Shown: one piece after another, positions 1-13,562 of the stretch
How the letters are laid out: each line of letters opens with the position of its first letter
Position numbering within the stretch: the first letter of the stretch is position 1
From: Eledone cirrhosa
Taxonomy: Eukaryota
DNA length: 64,000 nucleotides
Direction: 5' to 3'
NCBI GenBank assembly: GCA_964016885.1
Contig: OZ024741.1
Span: 127,472,001 to 127,536,000 of the forward strand
Notes under the pieces: generated by a model
What the model saw: only the letters and a program-made list of their open reading frames with translations
The model's database searches: none
What the model was told of the DNA's origin: nothing
Position numbers and translations under genes: made by a program

Positions 1-540
1 TGAAGGTCCACTGTATATGTTTTCTATTAATGAGGTCTATTTTAATAATAATCAATAACTATAAATAATAGCAGAGAAAAGGGGGTAAAGTAATTGCTTC
101 CTCGCAGGTACCTCTGTTCTCTTTTTCCCATCTCCAGGGGCACTTTATATGATTTCTCAACTATTATTATTTTATTATTAGAGTGGTGGATTGACTGTAT
201 CAGAAGAATGTCGGACAACATGCTTTGTGGCATAGAGTTACGGCCCTTCATTCTGAGTTCAAATTTCGCTGAGGTTAGCTTTGCCTTTCATCCTTAAGGG
301 GTTGACAAATAAAGCACTCAATGCACTTGGATCAATTAATCGACATTCCCCTCCCACCAAAATGTTTGTCTTGTGCCTAAATCAGAAACAATTATTTTAT
401 TATGATTATTTACATTGGAGCACATGTTTCAGATTAAATATTTTCCCACTGTTTCTTAAGTCAGTTGTTGTTTACATTTATATATATATATATATTTTTT
501 AGTTGTTAGAATTCAAAGGAGAAATTATTTATTATATATT

Positions 541-999
541 CATCATCATCACCATTTTACGTCCGTTCTTCCACACTAGCATGGGTTAGACGGGTTGTCC
601 TGTTGTGGGCAGTGTCTGGTCGGCTGACCATGCCTTGCTCATACAGGAACTGATTTGGCTTGATTTCTACAGCTGGATGCCCTTCCTAACACCAACCTCA
701 TTTACAGTGAGTGCTGGGTGCTTTTTCGTGGCGCCTACATGTCCACTTTACAGTGTGGGCTGGGTGCTTTTTTGACATGGCACCTCCACGACCACCTTGC
801 AGTGGGAGGGTGTGGGGGCATATTGTCTATATGCTTCAGCTTGTACCCATGGGAGGTCGAGTACTCTGTATTACTGCGTGACGCCAGAGGTCATGGTCGT
901 GTGTCATCGCCTTTGAGAGGTGTAATTGGGTAAGGTCGGCTTTTATCACCTCATTCCAGGTCATCTTGGGTCTCCCCACTCCGCGGTTTCCATCGACTT
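541..999 (-). mobile_element. 5'-truncated RTE-type LINE 3' end (ORF C-terminus plus 3' UTR and (GAT)n tail), same family as 57921-60280
   Basis: Reverse complement is nearly identical to about 59822-60280; encodes VDGNRGVGRPKMTWNEVIKADL...QSTRPPMGTS*; ends in a catcatcat tail. Confidence 0.9.
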
Positions 1000-1780
1000 T
1001 AGATAATGTTATAAATGGAAATTGTAAAATGTATTGTAAGCACGATAGCGGGAATATGGCAATATTGTTGTGTAAAATATATTGTAACCACCAGTAGCTG
1101 TTTGGTTGGATCTGAATCAACAAGCTCCCAGACCTCATTTGCTTGTCGAGTGGTAGGGAACTCATCAGATCGAACCAAGGAAACAATGTTTCCATTGGTC
1201 TTTCTAATTGCTAATACTATCTACCAGTCACAACTCCTGGAAGAAGAAGCAACAATGTGAAATAAAGTGTATTGCTCAAGGACATAACACATCACTTGGC
1301 TTGGAAATTGAACTCCCAATCTCACGTAGCTCTAATGTGGCAATAATGTTTGGTATACATGCTACTTATTACCTATATGTAAGTGGCAAATTGGCAGATT
1401 TTTTAGAATGTTGAATCAAATATTTTGTCATTTTTTTCTGGGTTTTTGAGGTCAGTAAAGTACCATTCCAATACTGTAGTTGATTCTCTCTCTTTTTAAG
1501 AAATCATCTATGTCTCGATCTGGAGAGGGATAGGCTCATTCAAGTTTAAATGTCATGGCAGCACCTCTATCACTGTGTCTAGATCATTACCTGTATGGTG
1601 GAATATAAGATTTTTACTGCTTCAATAAATGTTCATAGTGAACTTATTGCTGTCTTAAGCAATTTTTTTTTTTTTTTTTTTACTTAGGTTTGGAGGACCT
1701 ACTGCATATTATCACAACAATTTGAACCCTCAATTTACATCTTCAAAACTTCAATACACTATATGATATAGTTGCTAGGG

Positions 1781-1941
1781 CAGTGGTTCTCAATCTTTTT
1801 TTGCCAATGGCACACCTTGGAACACATGAAAAAATAGCAGCACACCTTTGAATTTTACAAAATAAAAAATTGGGATCATGTGGTTTTTCATATCTTAGTG
1901 TGCCGTTCAAAATTTCACGGCACACTGGTTGAGAATCACTG
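1781..1941. mobile_element. hAT/Charlie-like MITE
   Basis: Terminal inverted repeats CAGTGGTTCTCAA / TTGAGAATCACTG; flanked by CTAG-centred target-like sequence (tgctaggg / ctctagag). Confidence 0.7.
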
Positions 1942-1959
1942 CTCTAGAGGGTTGGCTGT

Positions 1960-2290
1960 GCAAGGGATCCCATGACTGTATGTCCTTCCTGGCTCAAAGC
2001 CTTTTAGTTACTCTTTATGAGAGGTCCCATGACCTTCCTCGTATCAACCCATTTAGTTACATCTCATTGTGGGGAGATCCCATGTCCATCCTATCAGCAA
2101 ACCTTTTAGTTACTTCTCCTTGTGAGGGGTCCTATAACTATATGTCCTTCCTGGCACCAACTTTAGTAGTTACTTCTTGTGAGGGGTCTCATCACCAGAT
2201 GTCCTTCCTTCCACGAACCCTTTTAGTTACTTCTCCTTATTAGGGGGTCCCATGTTCTTCCTGGCACCAACCCTTTTAGTTGCCTCTTGA
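1960..2290 (+). repeat. Degenerate tandem repeat of about 50-60 bp (gtccttcctggcaccaaccttttagttacttctccttgtgaggggtcccatg)
   Basis: About 6 imperfect copies of the ccttttagttac..gaggggtccc motif. Confidence 0.75.
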
Positions 2291-2827
2291 GATATACAAG
2301 GATATGGTGTAGTTATTCTAATGCCAATATACACAGTCTCAGTGTTTGTATTAGTGTTCTAACTAAAGTCATTATATGAAAAACAAATTTATTTCCTAAT
2401 TCTTTTTACCTTTACAATCTTACCATCTTCAGATTTTTTAAAAGATATTCCACATTGTCAGTTTTTTTATTATTTATTATTATTATTTTTAAATTTTATT
2501 ATTTTCCACTAGTATTTTTATTTTTTTTTTATTTTTGCACAGAATACAGAATATCAAGTTCATTGCTAAGAATCTGTTAATTAAACTTTTCGTTACCAAA
2601 CCATTTGAAAATTACCTCTGGTCCTATTATATAAAATTGTTTTGTTTTTAAGTGGTTACTGGTCCCAATAACTTTTTTTAGTTATTGCTCGCACCAACCT
2701 GAGGTATCTGATTTTTAATGCGATGAAATACCAATGATGGTTGGAAAATCACTGATGAAGGACTATTTTTATCATATGTAACCCATGTGCAAACCACACA
2801 GTATTCTTCTTTCTTCTCATGTTTTTT

Positions 2828-2876
<49 letters not shown>

Positions 2877-3397
2877 TAATAATAATAATCTTCCATCTCC
2901 AAATACCAGTTTAATAAAGAGAAAGTTAGTTATATTAATCAATCCTCCCAAACTGTTCATTACTTTCAAAATTATTTGAAAATAATAAACAGTGTCCGTC
3001 ATAAGAAATAGTAACGAAATGGTTAATAGCAGCACTTATTAATTAAGTATTTTTAATCAATGTAATCCATTTTTATTTACATAATTTCAACTGGACACAA
3101 AACAAAAACTTTATGAACAATAATTAAATTTATTTTGTCTGTTTTTTTAAATATTTTTTCTTGTTTTAAATATTTGTTTTAAAAAGCTTTTAGGTTGTAA
3201 AAAAGAAAGGAGCTGATTGTCAGATCAAACCAAGGAAACTACATTTCCATTGGACTTTCCATTGCTGTTACTGTCTGCCTTTCGCAACTCTTGGCAGTAA
3301 ATTGACAGTTGTTAGTGTGTTGGATATTTAATATTTGTTCAGGCTCACTGTGTTCTGAGTTCAAATCCCACCAAAGTTTTTACTTTTCATCCTTTCA

Positions 3398-3885
3398 TTA
3401 TCATCATTTTTACATCTGTTTTTCCACATTTGCATGGGTTGGACGGGTCCTTTTCAGTACAACGCCTCTCCACTCTTCATGATCCTTCATCATCTCCACT
3501 GAGTTTCAGCAATTTGAGATCTCTCGCCATCTCTGCTCTGGTCTTCCTTGGCCTTTGTCGACTGCAGTTTCCTTCCACTGGGATTTCTTGGCACTTATTT
3601 ACCCAGCGATCACCATCTTTGCACATCGCATGTCCATATTTACACAGTCTTCTCGCTTGTACACTACTTCTGATTCCTCTTACTTCACTTCATCAAAGCT
3701 CTATCATTATTTTACATCAACATTGCACATCCATTGAAGCATGCTTGCTTTATTTCTCTGCAGTCACTGCCCATGTTTCAGAACCATCCTGCACAACACT
3801 TTGCACACAGGCAACATACAGCTGGCCTTTCATTCAGAGCTTGAAACCTTTTGTTGTCAACAGTGGTAGTAGTTCTCTAAACTCT
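3398..3885 (-). mobile_element. Degraded RTE-type LINE 3' fragment
   Basis: Reverse strand resembles the LPLL.TKGF...GSETWA...GRPR thumb region and ends in a (GAT)n tail. Confidence 0.7.
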
Positions 3886-4216
3886 CAGGGTCGATAAAGT
3901 ACCAATCTAGGGGGGTTGGTGGAATTATTAATGTCAGAACAGGATGCTTTGCAGTATCTAGTCCAACTGTATGTGTTCTGATTTCAATCCTGCCTTCTCG
4001 TACCAGGAGTTACAACCAACAGATAGTTTCCTTGATCCAATCTGATAATTGGCTCCTTTCCTTTTACATATAAAGTTTTCTAAATGTAATTATTTATTGT
4101 ATATATGTATGTGTATATGTGTGTGTGTGTGTGTATGTGTGTGCATGTGTGTGTGAGTATGTGTATATGTGTGATAGCTTTATACATTCCTTACCAATCT
4201 TATTGACGTAATTATT

Positions 4217-4262
<46 letters not shown>

Positions 4263-4507
4263 CAGACACAGACACACACACACTCAGCCACAGATAATTT
4301 TATTCTTACATATGTCAAGAACATATTACTATTGCTATTATCATCAGTATTATCTTTAATTTTTTTTTATCCATTATTATATTATTATTTTTATTATCTT
4401 GACTATTTTCTTGGTTTTTCTAGATCACTTCATAATATTTTAGAGGACATTTTTTTTCTTTAACTAATTTTTTTTTCTTCTTAACTTTCTGCCTTTTCAT
4501 CAACCAG

Positions 4508-4555
4508 TGGGTATATCTATGGACAGCTATAATACTTTCAATCATACACCTGTCG
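4508..4555 (+). CDS. Probable 48-nt internal exon of the DPF gene (x-GISMDSYNTFNHTPV-x)
   Basis: Long polypyrimidine tract plus CAG acceptor, G|GTGAGT donor, open frame, phase 1-1 compatible with the phase-1 exon at 20431. Confidence 0.55.
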
Positions 4556-7500
4556 GTGAGTGTCGTGTTTTAGATCTTAACTCTAACTGGTAATCTTCTC
4601 CATCCATCCATTAATTTTTCAAATCCTATCGATTTCTTGTGCTTTTCCTTCTGGGTGCAAAAAACTTGGTATAATCATTATGGCTATTTATTAATTATTA
4701 AGACTAATTAAGCTAGGGAAGTCTAGTTAAAATGCTAGAATTATTTTTCTATTAATTAACTCCTTTTGTTACCATATTTCTAATCAATGCCTTTGACTTT
4801 TGAAATCAAGAATTTTGGGGGATTTAATAGTATAACAAACTTTCTCACTATTAAGCTGGCGTGTGGAGCACAACTTAATAGAGCTTTTTACATAAAAATT
4901 ATGTTGAAAGTTTTTTTGATAAATATAAAAAGTTTTGTATCGTAGAATCAGAGATGGTTGGATATGAAAATGGTTAAAATAAGCAGCTTAGTATCAAGGA
5001 CCAGAGATGGTTTGGTATCAAAAGGGGTAAAAAGATATTTGGTTGCCATTGATTTAAAACTGCATCTAACATTGAGATATTCAGATAGACGATACTAGGG
5101 GCTTCAGACTACCCCTGGAACTACAATTCAAAGTTGTTTTAAAGTGTTTATATTTATCTAAAAACTTTCTCTCATCATATTGTAATTTTCCAAAAATCAT
5201 AGCCTGGTGCCTTGATAAAGTGCACATGTATAGTAGTTGGTGTTAGGAAGAGCATAGAAAGGTTAAAAGAGTGAAATTGTCAAACACAAATTACAATTAA
5301 CATTTATTTAATACAATCCACAATGACTATAAATAGGCTTTGTATGTAGTATTGTGATGACTCCTAGTTTAACATTTTTGATACCAATTTGTTTGAAACC
5401 ACCCATGGATCTATGAGACAAAACTGTTTATTTCAAAGTGTTTATATTTATCTTTAAAACCTCCCATCATAATTTTATCTAAGTAACTTAGTTATGTTCC
5501 AAATCCAGTTTAATAATAATACTAATAAAATTATTACCTTCCAAATTTTTGTATTATCCTCATCATTGTTTAATGTCTGCTTTCCCTGTTAGCAAGGATT
5601 AGACAGGTCTTCATAGACCAAGTCAGTACTGAAGCAGGGCTACTGACTTACCACGCAGGTCAGAGGGTCTGAATCTCACTTATGTACGATCTCACGTTCT
5701 ACTGAATGCATTGGAGAGGTTGTCTTTGACACAATTGAAGGGTCCTCCCAACCCTTTGTTTGGCAAGCTTTCTACGGCTGGATGCCCTTCCTATCACCAA
5801 CCACTTTACAGCCTGCACTGAGTGTGTTTATCATATAGATCATTAATATTAGGGAGGCAGTCGTGTCCTTGACACAACTGAAGGGTCCTTCCAACCCTTT
5901 GTTTGATTATTTTCAAAATTATTTCAAGACCATAGGCAGTGCTTTTCATTAAAAATATAGCAGATCAGTTAACTATCACAGTTCATGTTCCAGCTGTGAT
6001 ATTTTAATTTGGGATTCTAAATTATGTTAAAATATTAAATAATAGCTATTACATTGTGGAAGTCTGAAACAGTCACTGGCGCTATGATACCTGTTTGTTT
6101 TAAAATGTTCATATTTAAATTTAAACCTGTCATGATTTTATAGAAGAACCGTTATGTTCCAAACACCAGCTTAAAAATGAAAAACTTTATATTACTAAAC
6201 CCCTCCAAATGCTTGATTATTTTCTACATTAATTGAAAATCATAGGCAGTTTTTCATTATAAATATGATAATGAATGGGTTAAAATCACACACAAAAAAA
6301 ATATATATATAATTACTGTTTTTTAATTAGAAATCTTCTAATTCAAAATCTCGAGATATATATTATATAGATAAACTTCAGAAAATTAACAAAGAGAGGA
6401 CAACACAACGAACGAAAACAATTTTGTGTGTATATATATATATATATATATATACTCACACACATACATATTAGAATTTTCTTATATATACTGTATTCTA
6501 GCATAAATATTTATTATTTAGTTAATTATTAATTAATTACATTGCCAAACAAATACACATTAGACAGACCATTTTGGCTATGTTCTACATCCTGCTTGAT
6601 ATAAATGGTGATGCTATAGAAATATTCCTCTGTAGATAGAATCGTAAGTGCCTTTATATTATTAAATTTATCTTATGTTTAAATAAATTTAATGATAATA
6701 ATAAATCTGGGGTGCACTTTGATATCTCTTAATAAGTTTTAAATATTCTTTATTAACTCTTAATGTCTTGTACCATATGAAACCACATAAGGAAAATGTT
6801 CTTGAAAAGTACAAAACATCATCATCACTGCATCACATTAAAAATTAATCCTTTGCTTTAGTTTACTGCAAATTTTCACAACGTTCTGTGTACTAGTAAA
6901 CATACTATAAACTTTTGGATTAACTAATCACATTAGCAACATGCTTTGGAAAGGCACAAGGCCTAGTGGTTAATGTGTTGGACTCTTGATCATAGGTTCC
7001 ATTCCTGGACATGATAGCATGTGTTCTTGAGCAAGACACTTCATTTCATATTGCTTTTCATAATAGGATTGGCTCCTATCAATAAAATGTCTGAGAAACC
7101 TATGTGATATAACTTTATAGAAGGTCAGCTTAACCTGCATAGGTGAGCTGTAAATTTCATTTTTCGTTTCCATTTGTGACTACATCACATTAGAAATTTT
7201 AATCTTTATTCTAATACTGCAAATGTTCACAATGATAGTCCACTACTAAAGATACTACAAATATTTCAATTGACAACCTGTTTTTAGACATTTTCTGCTT
7301 AATCATTACAGTATGTTAAGAGTTAATTATGAAATATAAGAAGAATTACAGATGCTAAATTTCTTTTTGTAGAGTAGAGGTCATCTATATATGAAGTATA
7401 TGACAAGAATTTAATATTTTTATGTTAATAGCTAATTATATTGTTTATGGCAAGTTTGATGCCCTCTTTTCACGTATGAAGAAATTTATTTTGGCTACTA

Positions 7501-8089
7501 ATTCCCACTCACATTGTCCATATTCTAACTAATAAAAGATGTTTTGTTGATTGAAGTATATTAGTAAGTCTTAACGTCCTGTTCTGCATGAAACTACATT
7601 AGCAAAATATTCTTGTAAAGTACAAAACAGCACTGTGACTACATCACATTGAAAATTAAAGTTTTTATTCTGAAAATTTTCATTAGCAAAGATGGAATTA
7701 GCAAACCCATTTAAAAATAATTTTTACTAAATCATTACAGGATGTTAAGAGTTAATTCAAAAGTAGTTATTTCTGGCAACTAACTGGATTTATTTGATTA
7801 AAGTGTAGTTTTTAATCGTTTGAAGTTAAGACATTTTACAAATTAGTCTTAAGCTGTTGCAACTATCTGACATAATTCTGAAATTGAATGCTTTAATCTA
7901 TTAATTAGTTTAATTGTAATTGTGAATTCTTTTACAAGGCTGATATCCCAAGATATCTGTTCTTTTTTAGTTACTCTAGGAATTACATGATCTTATACTC
8001 TAGAAATTACATGATCTTATTTCTAGATTTCATTGCTTATTTCACAACTATATTTTCTAATTTTGTGACATTTTGCAATAGTTCAGCTC

Positions 8090-8560
8090 TGTAAAGTGAG
8101 TACTCATACCATGATAAAATGCACCCATTACACTCAGTAAAGTGGTAGTGCTGGTGCTACAACAAAATACACTCAGTACAGTCTGTAAAGTGATAGTACT
8201 GGTGCCACGATAAAATACACCCAATACAGTCCATGAAATCGTAGTGCTGGTGCCATGACAAAATGTACCCACTAATCTGGAGAGATGTTGGTGCCATGAT
8301 AAAATGCACCTTGTATACTGGGAAGTGGTGGTGTTGATGCCAGGATAAAATGCACCCAGTACACTGGATAGTAATAGTGTTGGTGCTATGATAAAATGCA
8401 TCCAATACTCTTTGTAAAGTGGTTGATGTCATGAAAAACATCCAACTGTAAAAATCATGCCAAAATATAGAACATGAGCAAGACATGATTTTCCATTCCA
8501 TCTAATCTTGTACATGACTGCCTGTCCAACCCATACCAGCATAGAAAATAGACATAGTGA
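8090..8560 (+). repeat. LINE/SINE 3'-UTR-derived tandem array (unit of about 47 bp: ctgtaaagtggtagtgctggtgccatgataaaatgcacccagtaca) with RTE-type tail
   Basis: About 7 imperfect copies; the same unit recurs at 18600-18830, 21680-21790, 46410-46640 and in the LINE 3' UTR at 60020-60130. Confidence 0.75.
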
Positions 8561-11500
8561 TGATGAATAATTAATATAATAAAGAAACCCACCATATTAT
8601 ACTGATTAATAAGTACAGTTTTTTTTACTTTATAAAGTTTAATGGCCATGAAGGTCGCATGTGACTCATCAACCAAACTTTGTTCTGGGTTCATTATACC
8701 ATATTTCTAATAAATGACACTACCTATAGTTTTCAAATTTTGAAACCAATCAATTTAATTATATAACCAACTTTCTCATATTAAGCTGATGTTTGGAGCT
8801 TAACTTAAAGGTTCCTACATAAAATTATGGTAGAAATTTTTTTAGATAAATAGAAATATGTTAAAATAAATTGCCTTGTATCATAGAATCTGGGGTGGTT
8901 TCTTATGGGTTGGTTAAATACTGAAGCCAAAATATAAACTCATAAGAGTGTAACTTAAATTAGCTTTGGGAAATGGTATTTTTGCAACAGAAGGACATGG
9001 AGAAGTGACCAAAGAATAAATCAGACAAGTAGATAAATGGTAGTTGTTGATCAGCAGCAGTTCATCTCCAATGTTGACTAAATGCTACTCATTCTATAAA
9101 TAGGATCTTTTAAGATAAAAAATTCTAATATAACCATGTTTTATTATTGTGTTGTAAGGGTGACAAATTGGCAGAATTGTTAGAACGTCGGACAAAATAT
9201 ATTGTAGCTTTTAGTTATGACCCTTTACATTCTGAGTTCAAACCCCGCCAAGGTTAACTTTGCCTTTCATCCTTACAGAGTCAATAAAATAAAGTACTGG
9301 TAATGTGCTGGAGGTTGAATTAATAGACCCCCACCCCCTTCAATTGTTGGGCTTTCAAATCTGTTCCAAATTTCAATCAATGTTTCTAATAATTAGCTGA
9401 GTTGATATGGCATCAGATTTAAAATGCCAGTAGTTGTTATGGGTCACTGTAGTAGTTTAAATTCTGCAGAGGTCATCTTTGCCTTTCATCCTTCTGAGGT
9501 TGATAAAGTACCACTCCAGTACTGGGGTTGCTTCTTCCTCTTACTCACTTTCTAACCTTTGTTCTACTCCTCTCTGAAAGAAATCACCTGTGTTCACACA
9601 TGCAGAGAGATGGGCTCTGCTAGGTTTAAATGAACTAAACATGTCATGTGTCAGGACAGTGCTCCTACAATTCCATAAGGAATTAAGGGCACTTTCCTTT
9701 TCTCATGATTTCATCCTTTTGAAGATATTCCTCCGAATACATAGATCTTGTATGTGAATGGAATTATATATTAGAAGACTAATTTTACCAAGATTTAAAT
9801 GAATTTCCAATGCTAACTTATTTCTACTGATTCTGTAAATAAGATCTTTTAAGATAGAAAATTCAAATAAAACCTTTTTTTATCAAGTAGTCTAATTAAT
9901 ATGAAGCATTGTGAGATATGTAATAAATGATTGATAAGTTACAGAAAATTTGTACAATGCAGTAGAAATACGTAAAGGTCAAAGGATAACAAATAAATCA
10001 AAACAAAGTAGTGTTTTACCCATGATGTTTCGGGGCTATTACCCTCTTTTCTCTTTTCAAATGTAAAACAAAAACGAACAATTGTTAGGCTTTCAAATCT
10101 GTACTAAATTTCAACTATAAAGATGTGAGAAAAAGAAAAACAAAATTGAGAAATGGAATATTTAATTTTCAATGGAATAGAGAAGGCTCTTCTGTTGAGT
10201 CTATTATTGACAGTGTCCCTGCAAACTTTGTAAAGTGGTTGGTGTTAGGCAGGGCTTTAAGCCATAGAACTTATGCCTAAAAAAGGTTGAAAGGGCCCTC
10301 CAGTCACATGACAATCTCGCTAGTGCTGGTGCCACAAAAAAAATGTACCCATTACACTCTGTAAAGTGGTTGGTGTTTAGAAGAGCATCCTGCTATAGAG
10401 AAATCTGCCAAACAAAGGATCAGAAGGACCCTTTTGCTGTGTCAAAGACATGACAACCTCCCTAGTACTGGTATTATGATAAGTGCACTCTGTAGAATGC
10501 ATAGATGTTTGTAAGGGAGATACATCACCCAGCCCATCTGCTATCTCTGACTAAGTAGTGTTCAACCTGTCCAATCCCTGGTAGCAGGGAAAAGGTATAT
10601 TAAATTATGTATATTCTAGGAAAATGTTACTTCATATAAACACTATAAATATTCTCTCTACATTAATAAATTCTTTGCTGTGAGTGTATGTGTATCAGTT
10701 CATATTTAATTCAGTAAGAATAATTTTAGCATTCCAAGAGTGACATACAGATTATACATTGTAAATTAGATTAAGATTCTATACCTGTGTGACATTCACA
10801 TTTTAACTTAACTAAAATATAATAAATGTTTAAATATTGTGAGGTTTTTATTTTGAATATATATTCTTAACCCATTTGTTACCACATTTCTAATGACAAA
10901 CTTTATTTCAATTAATACATTTTTTTAGGGTTTATGAAAACTATTTCATTACTGAGATACTATCTTAACATATGGTTCCTATATAAATTATGTTGGAAGG
11001 TTTTATTTTATATAGGACCCTTTAACATTATGATATTTCTAATAAAAGACACCAATTTTCAAAAAAAAAAAAAAAAATAGAGAATTTGTTGATATAAATG
11101 ATGAAAATTGTGTACAGAGCTCAGGTGCACTACAAATATAACCAACTGTCTCAGTATTAAGCCAATGTTTGGTACATAGCTTAAACAATTATGATGAGAG
11201 GTTTTCATTTAAATATAAGTTCTTTAACCCTTTCATTACTATATTTCTAATGAAATACTCTGCAATGATTTTCAAATATTTTGAAAATAATCCAAAATTC
11301 GGGGTCTAAATTAGTAATAACTAACTTTCATTATTAAACTGGCATTTGGAACATAATCTTACTTAATATGATGAGTTTTTAGATAAATACAAACAGTTTG
11401 ATACGAAAAGGGTTTTAAATAGGCAACAATATAGTAGTAAGAATTGTACATTCTTGTTGTTTGACCTTTGTCAGTTCTGACAAGTGATTCAGTTGTTCAA

Positions 11501-11775
11501 CTGATGAAATCAATGGACATGTTGCTTTGTCTTGCTCAAGGAAACAATGTACATCAGGGAATTGGACTCAAGATCTTCTGATCATGAGCCAAATGTCTTA
11601 ACCATTAAGCTACGTGCCTTCATAACAGATACACACACACAGACATACATATGTTACCTTACATTTTGTTAGTGTCTTTCTCAAGGACACCATATGTCAC
11701 AGGAATCAAACTCATGACTTCAAGATTGTAAGCAAAACACCTTAATCAATAAACCTCACACCTTCATAGATCATT

Positions 11776-11957
11776 TGGCAGTATCGGTAGAGGGTCGGAC
11801 GCCATGCTTTCCAGCATAGTTACGTCCCTTTACGATCCGAGTTCAAATCCCGCCGAGGTTGACTTTGCCTTTCATCCTTACAGGGTCGATAAAATAAAGT
11901 ACCGGTAATGCACTGGGTAATTGATGGCCTTGTGCCTAAAGTAGAAACAATTATTAT
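11776..11957 (+). mobile_element. tRNA-derived SINE with central gcctttcatcct...gtcgataaaataaagtacc domain
   Basis: B-box GAGTTCAAATCC; near-identical inverted copy at 45660-45822; many diverged copies across the window. Confidence 0.8.
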
Positions 11958-12214
11958 AACAATAGAATTGTATCCATCTACATGGTAGAATAGAAAAGAT
12001 GGCAAAATGTTGAGTGTTCTTATTTGGTTTATCCTTATAAATATACAGTGGACACGTAGGTATCAAGAGTCTGTGGTAACAAATGCTTTTAACAAATGAA
12101 AGACTAATATAATGAGTGCTATAATTACAATTTAGTGTCTCTATAACTTTCTAAATAGTTTTGGAATTGTACTTGTCTGGCAAGTGACTTAATCTGAGAC
12201 TAGGTGTTGAAACT

Positions 12215-12420
12215 AAAGCAATTACTGCATGGATGAATAATTTTAGTCATTTAAAAACATACAAAAACTGTTAACTTCATTTTATTTCTTGATGTCAACA
12301 TTTTTGTTGTACTGTTGCACACAGCATCACAGAAATTTTGACAGGAAATAAATGATTTAATGTGAACATTTTTTGTGTTTTTAAATGGCTAAAATTACTT
12401 TTCTATCCAGTAATTGTTTC
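12215..12420. repeat. Long imperfect inverted repeat (fold-back element)
   Basis: caattactg..taattttagtcatttaaaaaca..ttatttc is mirrored by gaaataaa..tgtttttaaatggctaaaatta..cagtaattg. Confidence 0.75.
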
Positions 12421-13356
12421 TTAATGTATATATTTTTAGTGAAATTTATGTGGTAATGAATGAGGTTGAATTTGATTTGCTACCAGGGTTGGAGTGAGGG
12501 GTCCATTGTGTACTATCAACATATCATTTTTTTTTTTAACTTCAAATATGTTTGTTATTTCGCATGTTTCTTCCTATTGAATGTCTGCTGACTTCTGCTT
12601 TTCCACTGGTCATTGGCTGCAGAAATTTTCTATTTTTGTTTTTTCTTATTCTTTTTTCTAAGAAAATGTGTGAATGTCTTAAACTGTTTCTTTCGCCTCT
12701 TTATATCTCTGTTTCTCCCTCCCTTTTTCCTTCTCCCTCTTTCTAAATTTTGGAAATATTCTTTTTTTTTAAATTTCCTTTAAAGGTATTTTTGTGGTAT
12801 TCTTCATGGATATATAAATATATTAAACCTTTTGCTATAATTTTTAATAAAAGACATTGTCTATGGTTTTCAACTCATTTTGAAAATAATGGATAATTTG
12901 GAGGGATTTAGTAATAGACATGACTGTCTCACTAAGCTGGCATTTGGAAGAAGGGTTTTAGATAGATATAAACATTTTAACCTTTTTGTTACCATATTTC
13001 TAATAAAAGACACTGCTTATGATTTTGTAATCATTTTGAATTTAGTAATATAACTTTCTCATTATTAAGATGGCGTTTAGAGCATAACTTAACAAAAGTT
13101 CTTACATAAAATTATGGTGGAAGGTTTTTAGATAAATATATACTCGATGAATTAAGCTGTTTTGTAATGTTGAACCAGGTATCAAAATAGTTAAATATTT
13201 TTATGGCACTAAAGAAAAAATTCAACTTTTGTAGTGTAGTTGTAGTTACATTCAGTGTAGTCTCTCTGAGATTTCAACATAGGTCTGGTATATATATATA
13301 TATATATATTTATTATATATGCACATAATGGTATAGATAGATTTGGTGTGTGTGTG

Positions 13357-13404
<48 letters not shown>

Positions 13405-13523
13405 AGAGAAAGAATTTTCGTCATTTTTAATATTATTATAGAAAAGTAGTCTAAATAGTAGGGGGAAAATGGATATTTTTGGTGAAGCTACTTTCAAATT
13501 CCACTCATCATTTCTAAATGCAC

Positions 13524-13562
<39 letters not shown>

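Noticed and set aside
1688-1770. Strong acceptor (poly-T + TAG) as a DPF exon
   Set aside because: All frames stop within about 30 codons, no good donor, no recognisable DPF sequence.
2750-2815. Hammerhead-like CTGATGAaggac...gcaaac..GTA
   Set aside because: GAAA core mutated and no stem I; at most a decayed relic.
12540-12790. Long pyrimidine tracts suggesting additional microexons (also 16250-16700, 18300-18480)
   Set aside because: No convincing paired acceptor and donor with a compatible frame could be defined by eye.
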